A DNA stretch of 61,187 bases from Candidatus Omnitrophota bacterium (GCA_043822245.1 JBDRBY010000046.1:1-61187); one strand, 5' to 3'; positions 8,816-18,114 are shown, counted from the first letter of the stretch. Translations and numbers: made by a program. The notes: generated by a model not told the origin, from the sequence alone.

Positions 8816-9379
8816 ATGATGAAGAGAATCATTAGTTTTGTGGCAGTTTTGACTGTTTTAAGTTCCATTATGGCATCAGGATGCGCTTTCGGCACAAGAA
8901 GACCAAAACTGGAATATTCAGCCATAACTCCCGTTTGTTCACAAAAAGACGTTAGAATACGAGTAGAAAAGATTAGTGACGTAAGGCCTGATAAAGATGT
9001 TATTGGAAATGTGAGGAATGGTTTTGGGATGAAGACAGCCGATGTTGTAACTACCACGGATATTGCGGATTGGGTTACTAACGCGTTGAAATTGGAATTA
9101 AACAACGCTGGGTATAAGGTTACAGTTAAAGAGTCTGATAACGAAATATCGGGTGAAATTGTGAGAGTGTTTTGCACGGCGAATTTCAATTATGAAGGTG
9201 AGGTTATTGTCAGTATTATTTTGAAAGTGGGGAGTAAAGTTGTAATTAATAAGACTTACTCTGGTAAAGCAACTGCTCTCAATTGGGCAGCCACGTCTAA
9301 GAGCTATGGTACAACTCTTCAAAGGTCGTTGCAGCAAGTTATGAAGCAAATAGTTGGAGATGTTGAAAGAAGCTTGTAA
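8816..9379 (+). CDS. lipoprotein, YajG-like architecture
   Basis: Signal peptide with lipobox ASGC. About 165 aa mature, with overall resemblance to E. coli YajG (from memory); weak. Confidence 0.5.
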   Translation: MMKRIISFVAVLTVLSSIMASGCAFGTRRPKLEYSAITPVCSQKDVRIRVEKISDVRPDKDVIGNVRNGFGMKTADVVTTTDIADWVTNALKLELNNAGYKVTVKESDNEISGEIVRVFCTANFNYEGEVIVSIILKVGSKVVINKTYSGKATALNWAATSKSYGTTLQRSLQQVMKQIVGDVERSL

Positions 9380-9397
9380 AACGAAGCAAGGACGTGA

Positions 9398-9724
9398 TTG
9401 GTATTTTTTTTGTTTTTGGATAACTCGGGGGACAGAGTATTTAATTGCAGTGAACGCAAATATCAGCAATTAAGTATGATGTCCCCCGAGTTATTCAAAT
9501 ATTATGTTCAAACAGATATTTTGAATTGGAAAGATTATGTCACAGAATGGAACGGAAAATTGGACGAAGTTGAAATAAAAATACAGATATTCGATTTGTC
9601 AACAGGTGAAAAAGTCAATTCTGTTCTTATTGAAGGCAACGGAACTTATTTTACAATGGGCGGATACCATCCGCAACATATAATCAGTAAAGAGATCGGA
9701 ATATATGTGAAAGAGTTGGTATAG
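9398..9724 (+). CDS. small hypothetical protein (start uncertain; N-terminus runs through a palindromic repeat)
   Basis: The ORF's first ~30 codons are encoded by the 9420-9494 palindrome. The plausible real start is ATG 9476/9479 or the ORF may be non-coding. Confidence 0.3.
   Translation: MVFFLFLDNSGDRVFNCSERKYQQLSMMSPELFKYYVQTDILNWKDYVTEWNGKLDEVEIKIQIFDLSTGEKVNSVLIEGNGTYFTMGGYHPQHIISKEIGIYVKELV
9420..9494. repeat. long imperfect palindrome (CGGGGGACA..TTAATT family)
   Basis: Outer arms ATAACTCGGGGGACA (9420-9434) and TGTCCCCCGAGTTAT (9480-9494) are exact complements. Inner arms match 10/14. Same family as 567-639. Confidence 0.8.
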
Positions 9725-9731
9725 GTATTTA

Positions 9732-11330
9732 CTACGCGGCGGTGTTTAGTTGTTGGATGGTTAGTCTGTAGTATTCTTCTAAAGAACTTGTAGGGAGCGT
9801 TTGGGCTTGGGGGATGATTATGTGGCGGGTAAAGTTTGGCGCGTTTCCTAGAGATATGGCCTTACCTGTTATTCTTTTGTATTGTTTTTCGATAAAATCT
9901 ATTAAGCAGTTGTATTCGCTCATTTCGTCCGCGGATATATCAATTGGAATGTGAGATACCGCGAATACGATATTCAGCATGCCCACTATCCGCAATAACT
10001 GGCCGTCTAAATTGCCTTCAATGTTGATACTGCCTTCGCCGATCGGGATTTTTGAATCTTTTGAAACGTAACGGGATAGCGCTAATAAGGGAATGTTTTC
10101 GTTGCAGCAGGGGATTATCGTGATACGTTTAGGGTCAGGAGCTTTTGTTCGCAATAAATCGACATAGGCTTGAAGCAACGCCTCGGGTGAATTTTTTACA
10201 CGCGGTTCCAATCCGGCTTTCAGGCTGTATTCATCAAATCTTATTTTGTTGTATCTTAGTTCATAGATTTCATCTTTTTGAAAAGATGCCGGAATCAGTT
10301 TGTCCGTAAGTGTAAGAGCATTTTCAATGTCATTATCAGAAGCTGTGATAGGTTCCAAGATCACTTTTTGTTGTTCTTCCGGCGATGTTTGATACACGGT
10401 ATTTGGGTGCGTCGGGAAGTTCCAGGGGACGGCAGTTTCAGAGGAGGGCGCCGCGGGATAAAGATCATTGCCGGTAGTTGTGATTTTTTGTTTTTTGAAT
10501 CCGAAATAAAGTATTGATGAATATAGAAGACTTCCTAGAACTGTGAGTATGCAGGGAGCAACGTGCTTGGAGAAAGTGAAATACCAATTGACCGCGAAGA
10601 AAGCGGTGCTGTAAGCGAGTACCGCCAAAGTCGCGTATTTTACCCATGGTTTTATTTGTAATTTGTGAGTTTTAGCGCTTTCCTTATAAGCCATACAAAA
10701 CATAAAGATAGCGAACGGTATTTCGCAAAATGATACAAGCGCGTTTTTGGTTGAGAAACTTATTGAAATTCCGATGCTGGGTAGTCCAAATATACCGCCT
10801 AATGCTATGACCCAACATGGAAAAGCCCATCGAAGAGTTTGTACGAATTCCAGCGATTTTCCTTGAATGATTTGTCGTAAAGTTTGTTTCTTTAGCGGCT
10901 CATTATCTTTGGGCCAAAATTTTTCAACAAGACTATATGTTAGAAAAGCTAGAGAAATACTGATAAGCCCGGTAAAGGGCTGATCCGCGAGGCCGATCAT
11001 GTAAGGGGGAATGGATTTAAGCCAAATTGTGTAAGTAAACGGCCAAAACCAGCAATAAAAAAGGTTTGTTAACAAAAAGACCGCTTTGATTTTTCGCCAA
11101 TCGATTTTAAACTTTAAGTCAGAGTCAGGTTGAGTTTTTTTGTTTGATGCAAAGTTTATAAGTTGAGCGAAATATTCCCCGCCCGTCAAAAAAACGTTAT
11201 AATTCACGATGATTTTTAAATCGGTACAGCTTAGTATCTTAAAGTACGCGGATAGGTTACCAAAACCCAGTAGTTCTAATAGCAATTTTTCGGGAAGAAA
11301 AAATTGAATCAGTATGAAAAAGAGTGCCAT
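9732..11330 (-). CDS. multi-pass membrane protein with ~230-aa soluble C-terminal domain, unknown family
   Basis: 532-aa ORF with at least 8 hydrophobic segments in the N-terminal 300 aa. This is the only convincing minus-strand gene in the window. Confidence 0.6.
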   Translation of the reverse strand: MALFFILIQFFLPEKLLLELLGFGNLSAYFKILSCTDLKIIVNYNVFLTGGEYFAQLINFASNKKTQPDSDLKFKIDWRKIKAVFLLTNLFYCWFWPFTYTIWLKSIPPYMIGLADQPFTGLISISLAFLTYSLVEKFWPKDNEPLKKQTLRQIIQGKSLEFVQTLRWAFPCWVIALGGIFGLPSIGISISFSTKNALVSFCEIPFAIFMFCMAYKESAKTHKLQIKPWVKYATLAVLAYSTAFFAVNWYFTFSKHVAPCILTVLGSLLYSSILYFGFKKQKITTTGNDLYPAAPSSETAVPWNFPTHPNTVYQTSPEEQQKVILEPITASDNDIENALTLTDKLIPASFQKDEIYELRYNKIRFDEYSLKAGLEPRVKNSPEALLQAYVDLLRTKAPDPKRITIIPCCNENIPLLALSRYVSKDSKIPIGEGSINIEGNLDGQLLRIVGMLNIVFAVSHIPIDISADEMSEYNCLIDFIEKQYKRITGKAISLGNAPNFTRHIIIPQAQTLPTSSLEEYYRLTIQQLNTAA

Positions 11331-11642
11331 AACTACAATTGTTGGACAGTATAATTTTAAACCTTCCCAGACAGAAAAAGGTTTTTTGAAATGTTTTAGT
11401 AAAAAAGATTTAGTTTGAAATTTTTCTTTAAATTCACTTGTGTCGAGACGCGTTGGAACCTGAAGAGCAGTTTTTTAAGCAAGAGATGTCTGCGGGCAGG
11501 CCCATGAGATATTGTTGAGTAGTATCAGGCATACCACTTCCACGGCTATGAGTTTAAAACAAAAATTACGTTTTTTTGAGTACATCACAGGTTTCTCACA
11601 ATTTATTATACCAGAGTAATCGCGTTAGCTCAAGAAAAAGTA

Positions 11643-11683
11643 ATTTAACCAGGTTAGACTAATTGAGTTTAACCTGGTTAAAT
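11643..11683. promoter_or_regulatory. 14-bp perfect inverted repeat, operator-like
   Basis: ATTTAACCAGGTTA (11643-11656), 13 nt, TAACCTGGTTAAAT (11670-11683). Lies ~45 nt upstream of the -10 of the hydrolase-glpK operon. Confidence 0.45.
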
Positions 11684-11724
11684 CCATTCAAGAGAAAAAA
11701 TTTTAACAAAAAAAATGATGACAG

Positions 11725-11733
11725 TGTTATAAT
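11725..11733 (+). promoter_or_regulatory. extended -10 (TGTTATAAT) 5 nt upstream of ATG 11739
   Basis: TATAAT at 11728-11733 is preceded by TGT. No RBS fits before the ATG, so the mRNA may be leaderless. Confidence 0.4.
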
Positions 11734-11738
11734 GCGGT

Positions 11739-12557
11739 ATGCTTCCGGTTGTGACGGATAAAAAAACGGGTGTTGTTTATAGGCGGTGGCAGGCGCCGGT
11801 GCCGGGGGCTGTTTTGCTGTTGATTCACGGGCTGGGGGCGCATAGCGCCAGGTGGGAGTTTTTGGCGGATTTTTTTCTGGCGCGAAATATTTCTTCCTAC
11901 GCGGTAGAGCTTAGTGGGTTTGGAGAAACCCAAGGTTTACGCGGGCACGTGGATTCGTTTGATGTTTATTACGATGATATCCGCCGGTTATTAAGAATTA
12001 TCCAGGAAGAAAATCCGGGGACGAAGGTTTTTCTTCTCGGCGAGAGTATGGGGGCGTTGATTGCTTTTATGCTCGCGGCGCTGGAGCCGGATTTATTTAA
12101 CGGGCTTATATGTGTTTCTCCCGCTTTTTTGAATAGAATGAAGTTTTCCCTCCTGAGTTATACCGCGATTTTTTTGTCTTTACTCTACAATCCTAAAAAA
12201 CAATTTAATATGCCGTTTAATCCTGAAATGTGCACGAGTGACGAAGCGTATCAGAAACAAATGGATTCCGATTCTCGGGAACATCGGCTGGCGACATCAA
12301 AACTTTTGTTTAACATAGCTCTTGCCCAGGCAAGGGCGGGAATAGTAAAAAATAAAATCAAAACCGCTGTTTTGTTTTTGCTCGCGGGTAATGATAAATT
12401 AGTAGATTCGCGCGTGAGTGAAAATATCTTTAACGTCTTAAAAATTAAAGATAAGGCCATGTTTCGATATCCGAATATGCTGCACGCTCTTTCGATAGAA
12501 TCGGGAAAAGAAAAAGTGTTTGAGGATATTCTTTCTTGGATTTTTAAAAGGGGATGA
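11739..12557 (+). CDS. alpha/beta hydrolase (lysophospholipase / monoacylglycerol lipase-like)
   Basis: HGLGAHS oxyanion region, nucleophile elbow GESMGA and a C-terminal ..MLHAL.. His region. Overlaps the glpK start. Confidence 0.8.
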   Translation: MLPVVTDKKTGVVYRRWQAPVPGAVLLLIHGLGAHSARWEFLADFFLARNISSYAVELSGFGETQGLRGHVDSFDVYYDDIRRLLRIIQEENPGTKVFLLGESMGALIAFMLAALEPDLFNGLICVSPAFLNRMKFSLLSYTAIFLSLLYNPKKQFNMPFNPEMCTSDEAYQKQMDSDSREHRLATSKLLFNIALAQARAGIVKNKIKTAVLFLLAGNDKLVDSRVSENIFNVLKIKDKAMFRYPNMLHALSIESGKEKVFEDILSWIFKRG

Positions 12558-14041
12558 TAATGAAATATATTTTGTCCTTAGACCAGGGGACAACCGGAAG
12601 CCGGGCTGTAATCTATGACAAAAATGGAAAAAGAATCGCGAGCGCGTATCAGGAATTTCCGCAATATTTTCCCCGTCCGGGGTGGGTAGAACACAACCCG
12701 GAAGAGATTTGGAAAAGTGTTGAGAGTTCAATTCAAAAAGTCCTTAAAAAAGTTCCCAAAGATTCTATTTCCGCGATAGGGATTACAAATCAGCGCGAGA
12801 CAACTCTTATGTGGGACGCGGAAACAAACAAGCCTGTTTACAATGCGATTGTGTGGCAGTGCAGGAGAACGGCCGCGCGGTGCAATCAAATAAAGCGCGA
12901 AAAAAGTGAATTTGAATTTTTTAGAAAAAGAACAGGGCTTCCGGTTGACGCGTATTTTTCCGCGACAAAGATTGAATGGATATTGAAAAATGTGAAGGGA
13001 GTTTTAGCCAAAGCAAAAAACGGCAAAATCCGGTTTGGCACGACTGATTCATGGATTTTGTGGAAATTGACTAGCGGGTCAGCCCATGCAACTGATTACA
13101 CAAACGCCTCGCGTACGATGCTCTTTAACATTGAAAAATTGCGGTGGGATGAAGATATTCTTAAAAAATTTGGTATTCCGGCACAAATACTTCCCGAGGT
13201 AAAGAAGTCCTCAGATTTCTTCGGCGAAACAGTAAAGATTGGCAGGCTTCAGGCGGGTATTCCCATATCCGGCATTGCCGGAGACCAGCAGGCGGCGCTT
13301 TTCGGCCAGACGTGTTTTCAGCCGGGTGAGATGAAAAATACTTATGGAACTGGTTGTTTTGTTTTGCTGAATACCGGCGCGAAACGTTTTGTTTCAAAAC
13401 ACGGCCTTATTACAACTCTGGCATGCGGCCCGTCCGGCGAGCCGGTATACGCGCTTGAAGGCGCGGTGTTTATAGCCGGCGCGGCGATTCAATGGCTGAG
13501 GGACGGGTTAAAGATACTTACTGGCGCGGCTCAATCCGAAAAAATGGCAAAATCGGCCGCGGATAACGCGGGTGTGTACTTCGTGCCGGCGTTTGTCGGG
13601 CTGGGGGCGCCGTATTGGGATCCGGACGCGCGCGGAAGCATTGTTGGTATTACCCGCGGGGTGAATTCAAACCATATTGCCAGAGCCGTGCTTGAAGCGA
13701 TGTGTTATCAGACAAAAGATGTGATTGAGGCTATGCGGAAAGATTCGGCTCTTGCGATACGCGGTTTAAAAATTGACGGAGGCGCGGCCGCGAATAATTT
13801 TATGTGTCAGTTTCAGGCGGATATCCTGGGAGTTAAAGTTGTTAGGCCGGAAATTGTTGAAACTACGTCTTTAGGCGCGGCGTATCTCGCGGGCCTCGCG
13901 GTAGGTTATTGGCAAAACACGGATGAAATTAAAAAGTTATGGAAAGAGGATAAAATCTTTGTTCCAAAAATGCGAAAAAAAACCGCGTTAAAACTTTACG
14001 CGGAATGGGGCGAAGCGGTCAAACGGACGCTTTCTCGTTGA
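12554..14041 (+). CDS. glpK: glycerol kinase
   Basis: LSLDQGTTGSRAVIYD, GITNQRETT..WD, FGTTDSWILWKLT and GDQQAALFGQ are classic FGGY/GlpK motifs. 495 aa. Confidence 0.95.
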   Translation: MIMKYILSLDQGTTGSRAVIYDKNGKRIASAYQEFPQYFPRPGWVEHNPEEIWKSVESSIQKVLKKVPKDSISAIGITNQRETTLMWDAETNKPVYNAIVWQCRRTAARCNQIKREKSEFEFFRKRTGLPVDAYFSATKIEWILKNVKGVLAKAKNGKIRFGTTDSWILWKLTSGSAHATDYTNASRTMLFNIEKLRWDEDILKKFGIPAQILPEVKKSSDFFGETVKIGRLQAGIPISGIAGDQQAALFGQTCFQPGEMKNTYGTGCFVLLNTGAKRFVSKHGLITTLACGPSGEPVYALEGAVFIAGAAIQWLRDGLKILTGAAQSEKMAKSAADNAGVYFVPAFVGLGAPYWDPDARGSIVGITRGVNSNHIARAVLEAMCYQTKDVIEAMRKDSALAIRGLKIDGGAAANNFMCQFQADILGVKVVRPEIVETTSLGAAYLAGLAVGYWQNTDEIKKLWKEDKIFVPKMRKKTALKLYAEWGEAVKRTLSR

Positions 14042-14055
14042 ACAAACATCAAATT

Positions 14056-14089
14056 TCTCCCTTTGACAAAGGGAGATTAAGAGGGATTT
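14056..14089 (+). repeat. solo variant cap of the FEKG-type element family
   Basis: TCTCCCTTT-GAC-AAAGGGAGA hairpin followed by TTAAGAGGGATTT. Same variant as 33487-33524. Confidence 0.7.
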
Positions 14090-14095
14090 GCGTTT

Positions 14096-15547
14096 ATGAG
14101 TATGTATGATGTAACGATTATTGGCGCGGGGGTTGTGGGGACTTCAATCGCGCGGGAACTTTCCCGGTATAGACTGAAAGTCGCGCTTCTTGAAAAAGAA
14201 GAAGAGCTCGCTTTTGGAGTTTCAAAATCGAATAGCGGTATTATCCATCCGGGCACTCAAAATCCTCCGAATTCATTAAAAGGAAAACTGTGCGTTCAGG
14301 GAAACCTGCTTACGCGAAAACTAGCTAAAGAACTTGGCGTGGATTTCAAAGAAGTGGGGGAGTTGATAGTGGCGTTCTCGGACGAAGAAATTCCCGCCCT
14401 GCTTGAGTTAAAAGAAAGGGCGGAGGCGTTAAAGGTTCCGCGCCTCAGGATTGTTAACGCCGAATGGCTTAGAAAGAATGAGCCGAATCTCTCAAGTGAA
14501 GCCCGCGCGGTGCTTTACGCGCCAAGTGCCGGCATTATCAGCCCGTACCGGTTAGTATACGACCTTTGTGAAAATGCCGTAAAAAATGGGGTAAAGCTTT
14601 TTACGTCAGCACGTGTTGAAAATATCGCGGTGCCCCTAGTCTCAGCTTCCAAAAAACCGTATTTTGAAATTTTCACTTCAAAGGGTATATTTAAAACGCG
14701 GTATATCATTAACGCCGCGGGGCTTTTCGCGGACGAAATTTCGAGTATGGTTGGCGTGGGAGATTTTCAAATAAAGCCGCGCAAGGGTGAAGAATTTCTT
14801 TTAGATAAAAAAAGAGAAAATTTAACCAGGCATCTTATTTTCCCTTTGCCTTCAAAAAATTCAAAAGGTATTTTAGTTATTAAAACCGCTGACGGAAATC
14901 CGATGATTGGCCCGACCGCGGAAGAGGTAAAAGACAAATATGATTTGACGACCACGGATGAAGGTTTTCGCGAAGTGATTGCCGGGGCGCGGAAAATGAT
15001 ACCTTTGATAAACGCAAGCGATGTTATCGCTTATTTTGCGGGCCTGCGACCGGCGGCTGGTGAGGATTTTATTATTCGTCATGAAGATAAGGTGCCGGGG
15101 TTTGTAAATGTCGCGGGAATTCAGTCGCCGGGGTTAACGGCCGCGCCGGCCATAGCGTTGTTGGTCAAGAAAATATTAAAAAACAACGGCTTGAAAATGA
15201 AAAGAAAATTAAATTTTCATAAATACCGCAAAAAAACAGTTCACTTATTCTCGGCGGGGTTGTCAAAAACAAAGAAACTTGTTAAAGAAAATCCTGAATA
15301 CGGAGATATTGTCTGCAGATGCGAAATGGTTTCCGCAAAAGAGGTAAACGCCGCGATTGAACGGGGAGCGAGCACGCTCGACGGGATAAAGTTTAGGACC
15401 CGAGCCCAGGCAGGTAGGTGCCACGGCGGGTTTTGTACCACGCGGCTTATGAAAATTTTGGCTGAAAAAAAGAACCGCGCGGCCGTGGATATAACAAAAA
15501 GAGGCCGTGGGTCGGAAATTATTAAACAGGATAGGGCGAATGGTTGA
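14096..15547 (+). CDS. FAD-dependent glycerol-3-phosphate dehydrogenase/oxidase-type subunit with C-terminal BFD-like [2Fe-2S] domain
   Basis: The N-terminus DVTIIGAGVVGTSIAREL is a FAD dinucleotide fold. The C-terminal CRCEMVS..GRCHGGFC is a BFD-like cluster. Context is glpK plus oxidoreductase plus DUF1667, a known three-gene set in anaerobes. Confidence 0.8.
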   Translation: MSMYDVTIIGAGVVGTSIARELSRYRLKVALLEKEEELAFGVSKSNSGIIHPGTQNPPNSLKGKLCVQGNLLTRKLAKELGVDFKEVGELIVAFSDEEIPALLELKERAEALKVPRLRIVNAEWLRKNEPNLSSEARAVLYAPSAGIISPYRLVYDLCENAVKNGVKLFTSARVENIAVPLVSASKKPYFEIFTSKGIFKTRYIINAAGLFADEISSMVGVGDFQIKPRKGEEFLLDKKRENLTRHLIFPLPSKNSKGILVIKTADGNPMIGPTAEEVKDKYDLTTTDEGFREVIAGARKMIPLINASDVIAYFAGLRPAAGEDFIIRHEDKVPGFVNVAGIQSPGLTAAPAIALLVKKILKNNGLKMKRKLNFHKYRKKTVHLFSAGLSKTKKLVKENPEYGDIVCRCEMVSAKEVNAAIERGASTLDGIKFRTRAQAGRCHGGFCTTRLMKILAEKKNRAAVDITKRGRGSEIIKQDRANG

Positions 15548-16517
15548 ACGGGATTTAGTTATAGTAGGCGGCGGAAGCGCGGGAATGGCCGCGGCGATTT
15601 CCGCGCGTGAAAATGGTGTAAAAGATATTTTACTTTTGGAAAGGGATCAATATTTAGGCGGGTTATTGAATCAGTGTATACATACCGGCTTTGGTGTTGA
15701 TTATTTTAAAGAGGTTTTAACCGGGCCTGAATACGCGGATCGTTTTATAAAAAAACTTAAGGGTATAGAGCGGATAGAAATTAGTTTAAAGTCAATGGTG
15801 GCGCGGCTCACAAAGGATAAAGTGCTGACTTTTTTTAAACCCGGCAAAGTGATTGAATTAAAAGCAAAAGCGATAATTATGGCAACAGGGTGCCGGGAAA
15901 AAACCCGTGAGATGATACATATTGCGGGAACAAGGCCTGCCGGCGTGTATTCCGCGGGGCTGGCGCAAAAAATGATCAATATCGAAGGTTTTTTGCCGGG
16001 GAATGAAGTAGTAATTGCCGGCTCCGGAGATATCGGCCTGATTATGGCGCGGCGTTTTACTTTTGAGGGCGCCGAGGTGAAAGCGATTATTGAAATTCAA
16101 AAACAAACAAAAGGGCTCGCGCGAAACCTGATTCAGTGTGTGGAGGATTTTGACATACCGGTTTATTACAGTTACAAAATACTCAAGATTTATGGGAAAG
16201 GCAGGGTTGAAGGGGTTAGCGTGGTAAAGGTGGATGATGATTTTAACGAAGTGCCGAGTTCGATGTTTGAAATTAAGTGTGACACTGTTTTAATTTCCGT
16301 GGGGCTTGTCCCTGAAAATGAACTCATAGAAATGGCGGGAGTCGTGCTTGATGAAAAAACAAATACGCCCGTCTCGGATGATTTGAACAAGACATCAATC
16401 CATGGCCTTTTTGTATGCGGGAACGCTTTTAAGGTGTATGATCTTGTTGATTCGGTTTCAAAGGATAGCACCATCGCCGGCCGCCTCGCGGCGGAATACC
16501 TCAGGAGCATTACATGA
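15540..16517 (+). CDS. NAD(P)/FAD-dependent pyridine nucleotide-disulfide oxidoreductase
   Basis: Two dinucleotide folds, DLVIVGGGSAGMAAA and VVIAGSGDIGL. ATG 15540 overlaps the upstream stop (ATGGTTGA) and is preferred over GTG 15507. Confidence 0.8.
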   Translation: MVERDLVIVGGGSAGMAAAISARENGVKDILLLERDQYLGGLLNQCIHTGFGVDYFKEVLTGPEYADRFIKKLKGIERIEISLKSMVARLTKDKVLTFFKPGKVIELKAKAIIMATGCREKTREMIHIAGTRPAGVYSAGLAQKMINIEGFLPGNEVVIAGSGDIGLIMARRFTFEGAEVKAIIEIQKQTKGLARNLIQCVEDFDIPVYYSYKILKIYGKGRVEGVSVVKVDDDFNEVPSSMFEIKCDTVLISVGLVPENELIEMAGVVLDEKTNTPVSDDLNKTSIHGLFVCGNAFKVYDLVDSVSKDSTIAGRLAAEYLRSIT

Positions 16518-16882
16518 CGAAAACAATAATCTGTACTGAATGTCCCGAGGGATGTATCTTAGCTATAAACTCAGAAAACTATAAAGTAACAAAAGTCTCA
16601 GGGCATAAATGCCCTAAAGGTAAAAAATATGCCTCGGCAGAAATTGAAAATCCTGTTAGAATATTAACCTCAACGGTATTAACACAAGCTCTTTCCATAA
16701 AAATGGTACCGGTTAGAACAGATAAACCTATTCCGAAATTTATGATTTCAGAAGCGATGAAAGCTATAAAGGACATCAGGCTTGTTAACCCGGTTCAAAC
16801 GGGAGATGTGATTGCCGAAAACTTTTTAAGCCTTAATGTGAATTTAATCGCGAGTAGAGACGCCCCAGTGGAACGTCCATAG
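16514..16882 (+). CDS. DUF1667 domain protein
   Basis: IICTECPEGC......GHKCPKG..YA Cys pattern, ~120 aa. The start overlaps the upstream stop (ATGA). Confidence 0.75.
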   Translation: MTKTIICTECPEGCILAINSENYKVTKVSGHKCPKGKKYASAEIENPVRILTSTVLTQALSIKMVPVRTDKPIPKFMISEAMKAIKDIRLVNPVQTGDVIAENFLSLNVNLIASRDAPVERP

Positions 16883-16903
16883 AGACGTTTCCACAGTAAC
16901 CCT

Positions 16904-16931
16904 GTAGAGGCGCGATTTATCGCGTCTCCAC
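16904..16931. repeat. GTAG-prefixed palindrome (REP-like), paralogue of 6653-6680
   Basis: GTAGAGGCGCGATTTATCGCGTCTCCAC. A second hairpin GTGGAACGTC..GACGTTTCCAC at 16868-16894 contains the DUF1667 stop codon. Confidence 0.8.
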
Positions 16932-16951
16932 AACAAACAAAAGGAACCAAA

Positions 16952-17218
16952 ATGAAAGAAGACGTCCGAAGAAAATTTCATGATGTTTTGTGTTGTTTGC
17001 ATAAAATAACCATTCAGGCAGGTTCAAACGTAGAGAAGGCGAAAATAAAACGTGTTGAAGATATGAATGAAAATGAAATGAAAGAATTCCTTTTGCAGGC
17101 GTTAAAAACGCTAGCTTCTCTTGAAAAAACCGCTCTTGAAACTGGGATGGTTGTGGAAGACCTTAAAAAAAACGTTTATAAGAATCTTAAAATCGACAAT
17201 TCAGAGCCTCTTAAGTGA
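16952..17218 (+). CDS. hypothetical protein (88 aa)
   Basis: ATG with upstream AAAGGAA. Helical, charged sequence. The stop overlaps the next ORF. No family recognised. Confidence 0.4.
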   Translation: MKEDVRRKFHDVLCCLHKITIQAGSNVEKAKIKRVEDMNENEMKEFLLQALKTLASLEKTALETGMVVEDLKKNVYKNLKIDNSEPLK

Positions 17219-17235
17219 CGGGAAGGGAATACGGA

Positions 17236-18060
17236 ATGGAATATAAAATGATGATTGTTGACGATGAAGAGATTGTGTCGTCAACTCTTAGCACTGTTTT
17301 CTTAAACCAGGGGTATAAAACAGTTATAGCCAATTCGGGCGAAGCCGCGAAAGAGATAATAGACAAAGAACCGTTGGATTTATTGTTGCTCGATATCGAG
17401 ATGCCGAAGGTATCAGGGCTTGAAGTGTTGAAATATGCCAAGGACAAGTGCCCAGAGGTTAAAATTATTGTTCTTACTGGGTACAGTGAATACAAAGATA
17501 AGGTTTTGGCCCTTGGCTGTGACGTGTTTATCTCGAAACCGGTTGCTATGAATACTTTGACATTAAAAGTGGCGGGACTCTTAAGCAAAAAAGGCTACGA
17601 AGAAAGAAAAGAACATTCGTTAGGCATGAAATTATATGATGCGCCGAAAGGCAAACCGCTCGCGGATATTTTGCTGATTGAGCCGATTGAAGAAATAGCC
17701 TGCCGGATTTCAGCCTTTCTGGAAGATCCTTCAAAATGCGGCGGATATTATCAGACGTACACAGTCGATACCAAAGAAAAAGCTTTGACAATACAATACC
17801 TGTTATACAGCGCTCTTGTCCTTATAGACTTGCAATCAACGCAAGGTTCTTTAGAACTCATACGCAGTTTACAAAAAACCAAATACCCGCCAAAAGAATT
17901 TGTTTTCTATTTTAAACCTGAAATTCCCTCCGCCAGAAATGAAGCGGAAGCCATGGACGCCAAATATTGGGAGGGAAACCCATTTGATGAAAAAAGCCTT
18001 ACCGAGCTTTCCCAGATCATAAAAACAATTTCCGTTAAATACGGACTAATCAAAAAATAG
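17236..18060 (+). CDS. response regulator: receiver domain plus ~150-aa unknown C-terminal domain
   Basis: MMIVDDEE..., LDLLLLDIEMPKVSGLEVL, IIVLTGY and FISKP are CheY-like REC motifs. ATG 17236 after GGGAAGGGAA is preferred over GTG 17215. Confidence 0.8.
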   Translation: MEYKMMIVDDEEIVSSTLSTVFLNQGYKTVIANSGEAAKEIIDKEPLDLLLLDIEMPKVSGLEVLKYAKDKCPEVKIIVLTGYSEYKDKVLALGCDVFISKPVAMNTLTLKVAGLLSKKGYEERKEHSLGMKLYDAPKGKPLADILLIEPIEEIACRISAFLEDPSKCGGYYQTYTVDTKEKALTIQYLLYSALVLIDLQSTQGSLELIRSLQKTKYPPKEFVFYFKPEIPSARNEAEAMDAKYWEGNPFDEKSLTELSQIIKTISVKYGLIKK

Positions 18061-18085
18061 CCGTGTATTGAAAATCAAAATAAAT

Positions 18086-18114
18086 TTGACAAAATCACAA
18101 AACAATGCGATACT
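18086..18114 (+). promoter_or_regulatory. sigma-70-like promoter P1
   Basis: TTGACA (18086-18091), 17 nt, GATACT (18109-18114). Confidence 0.35.
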
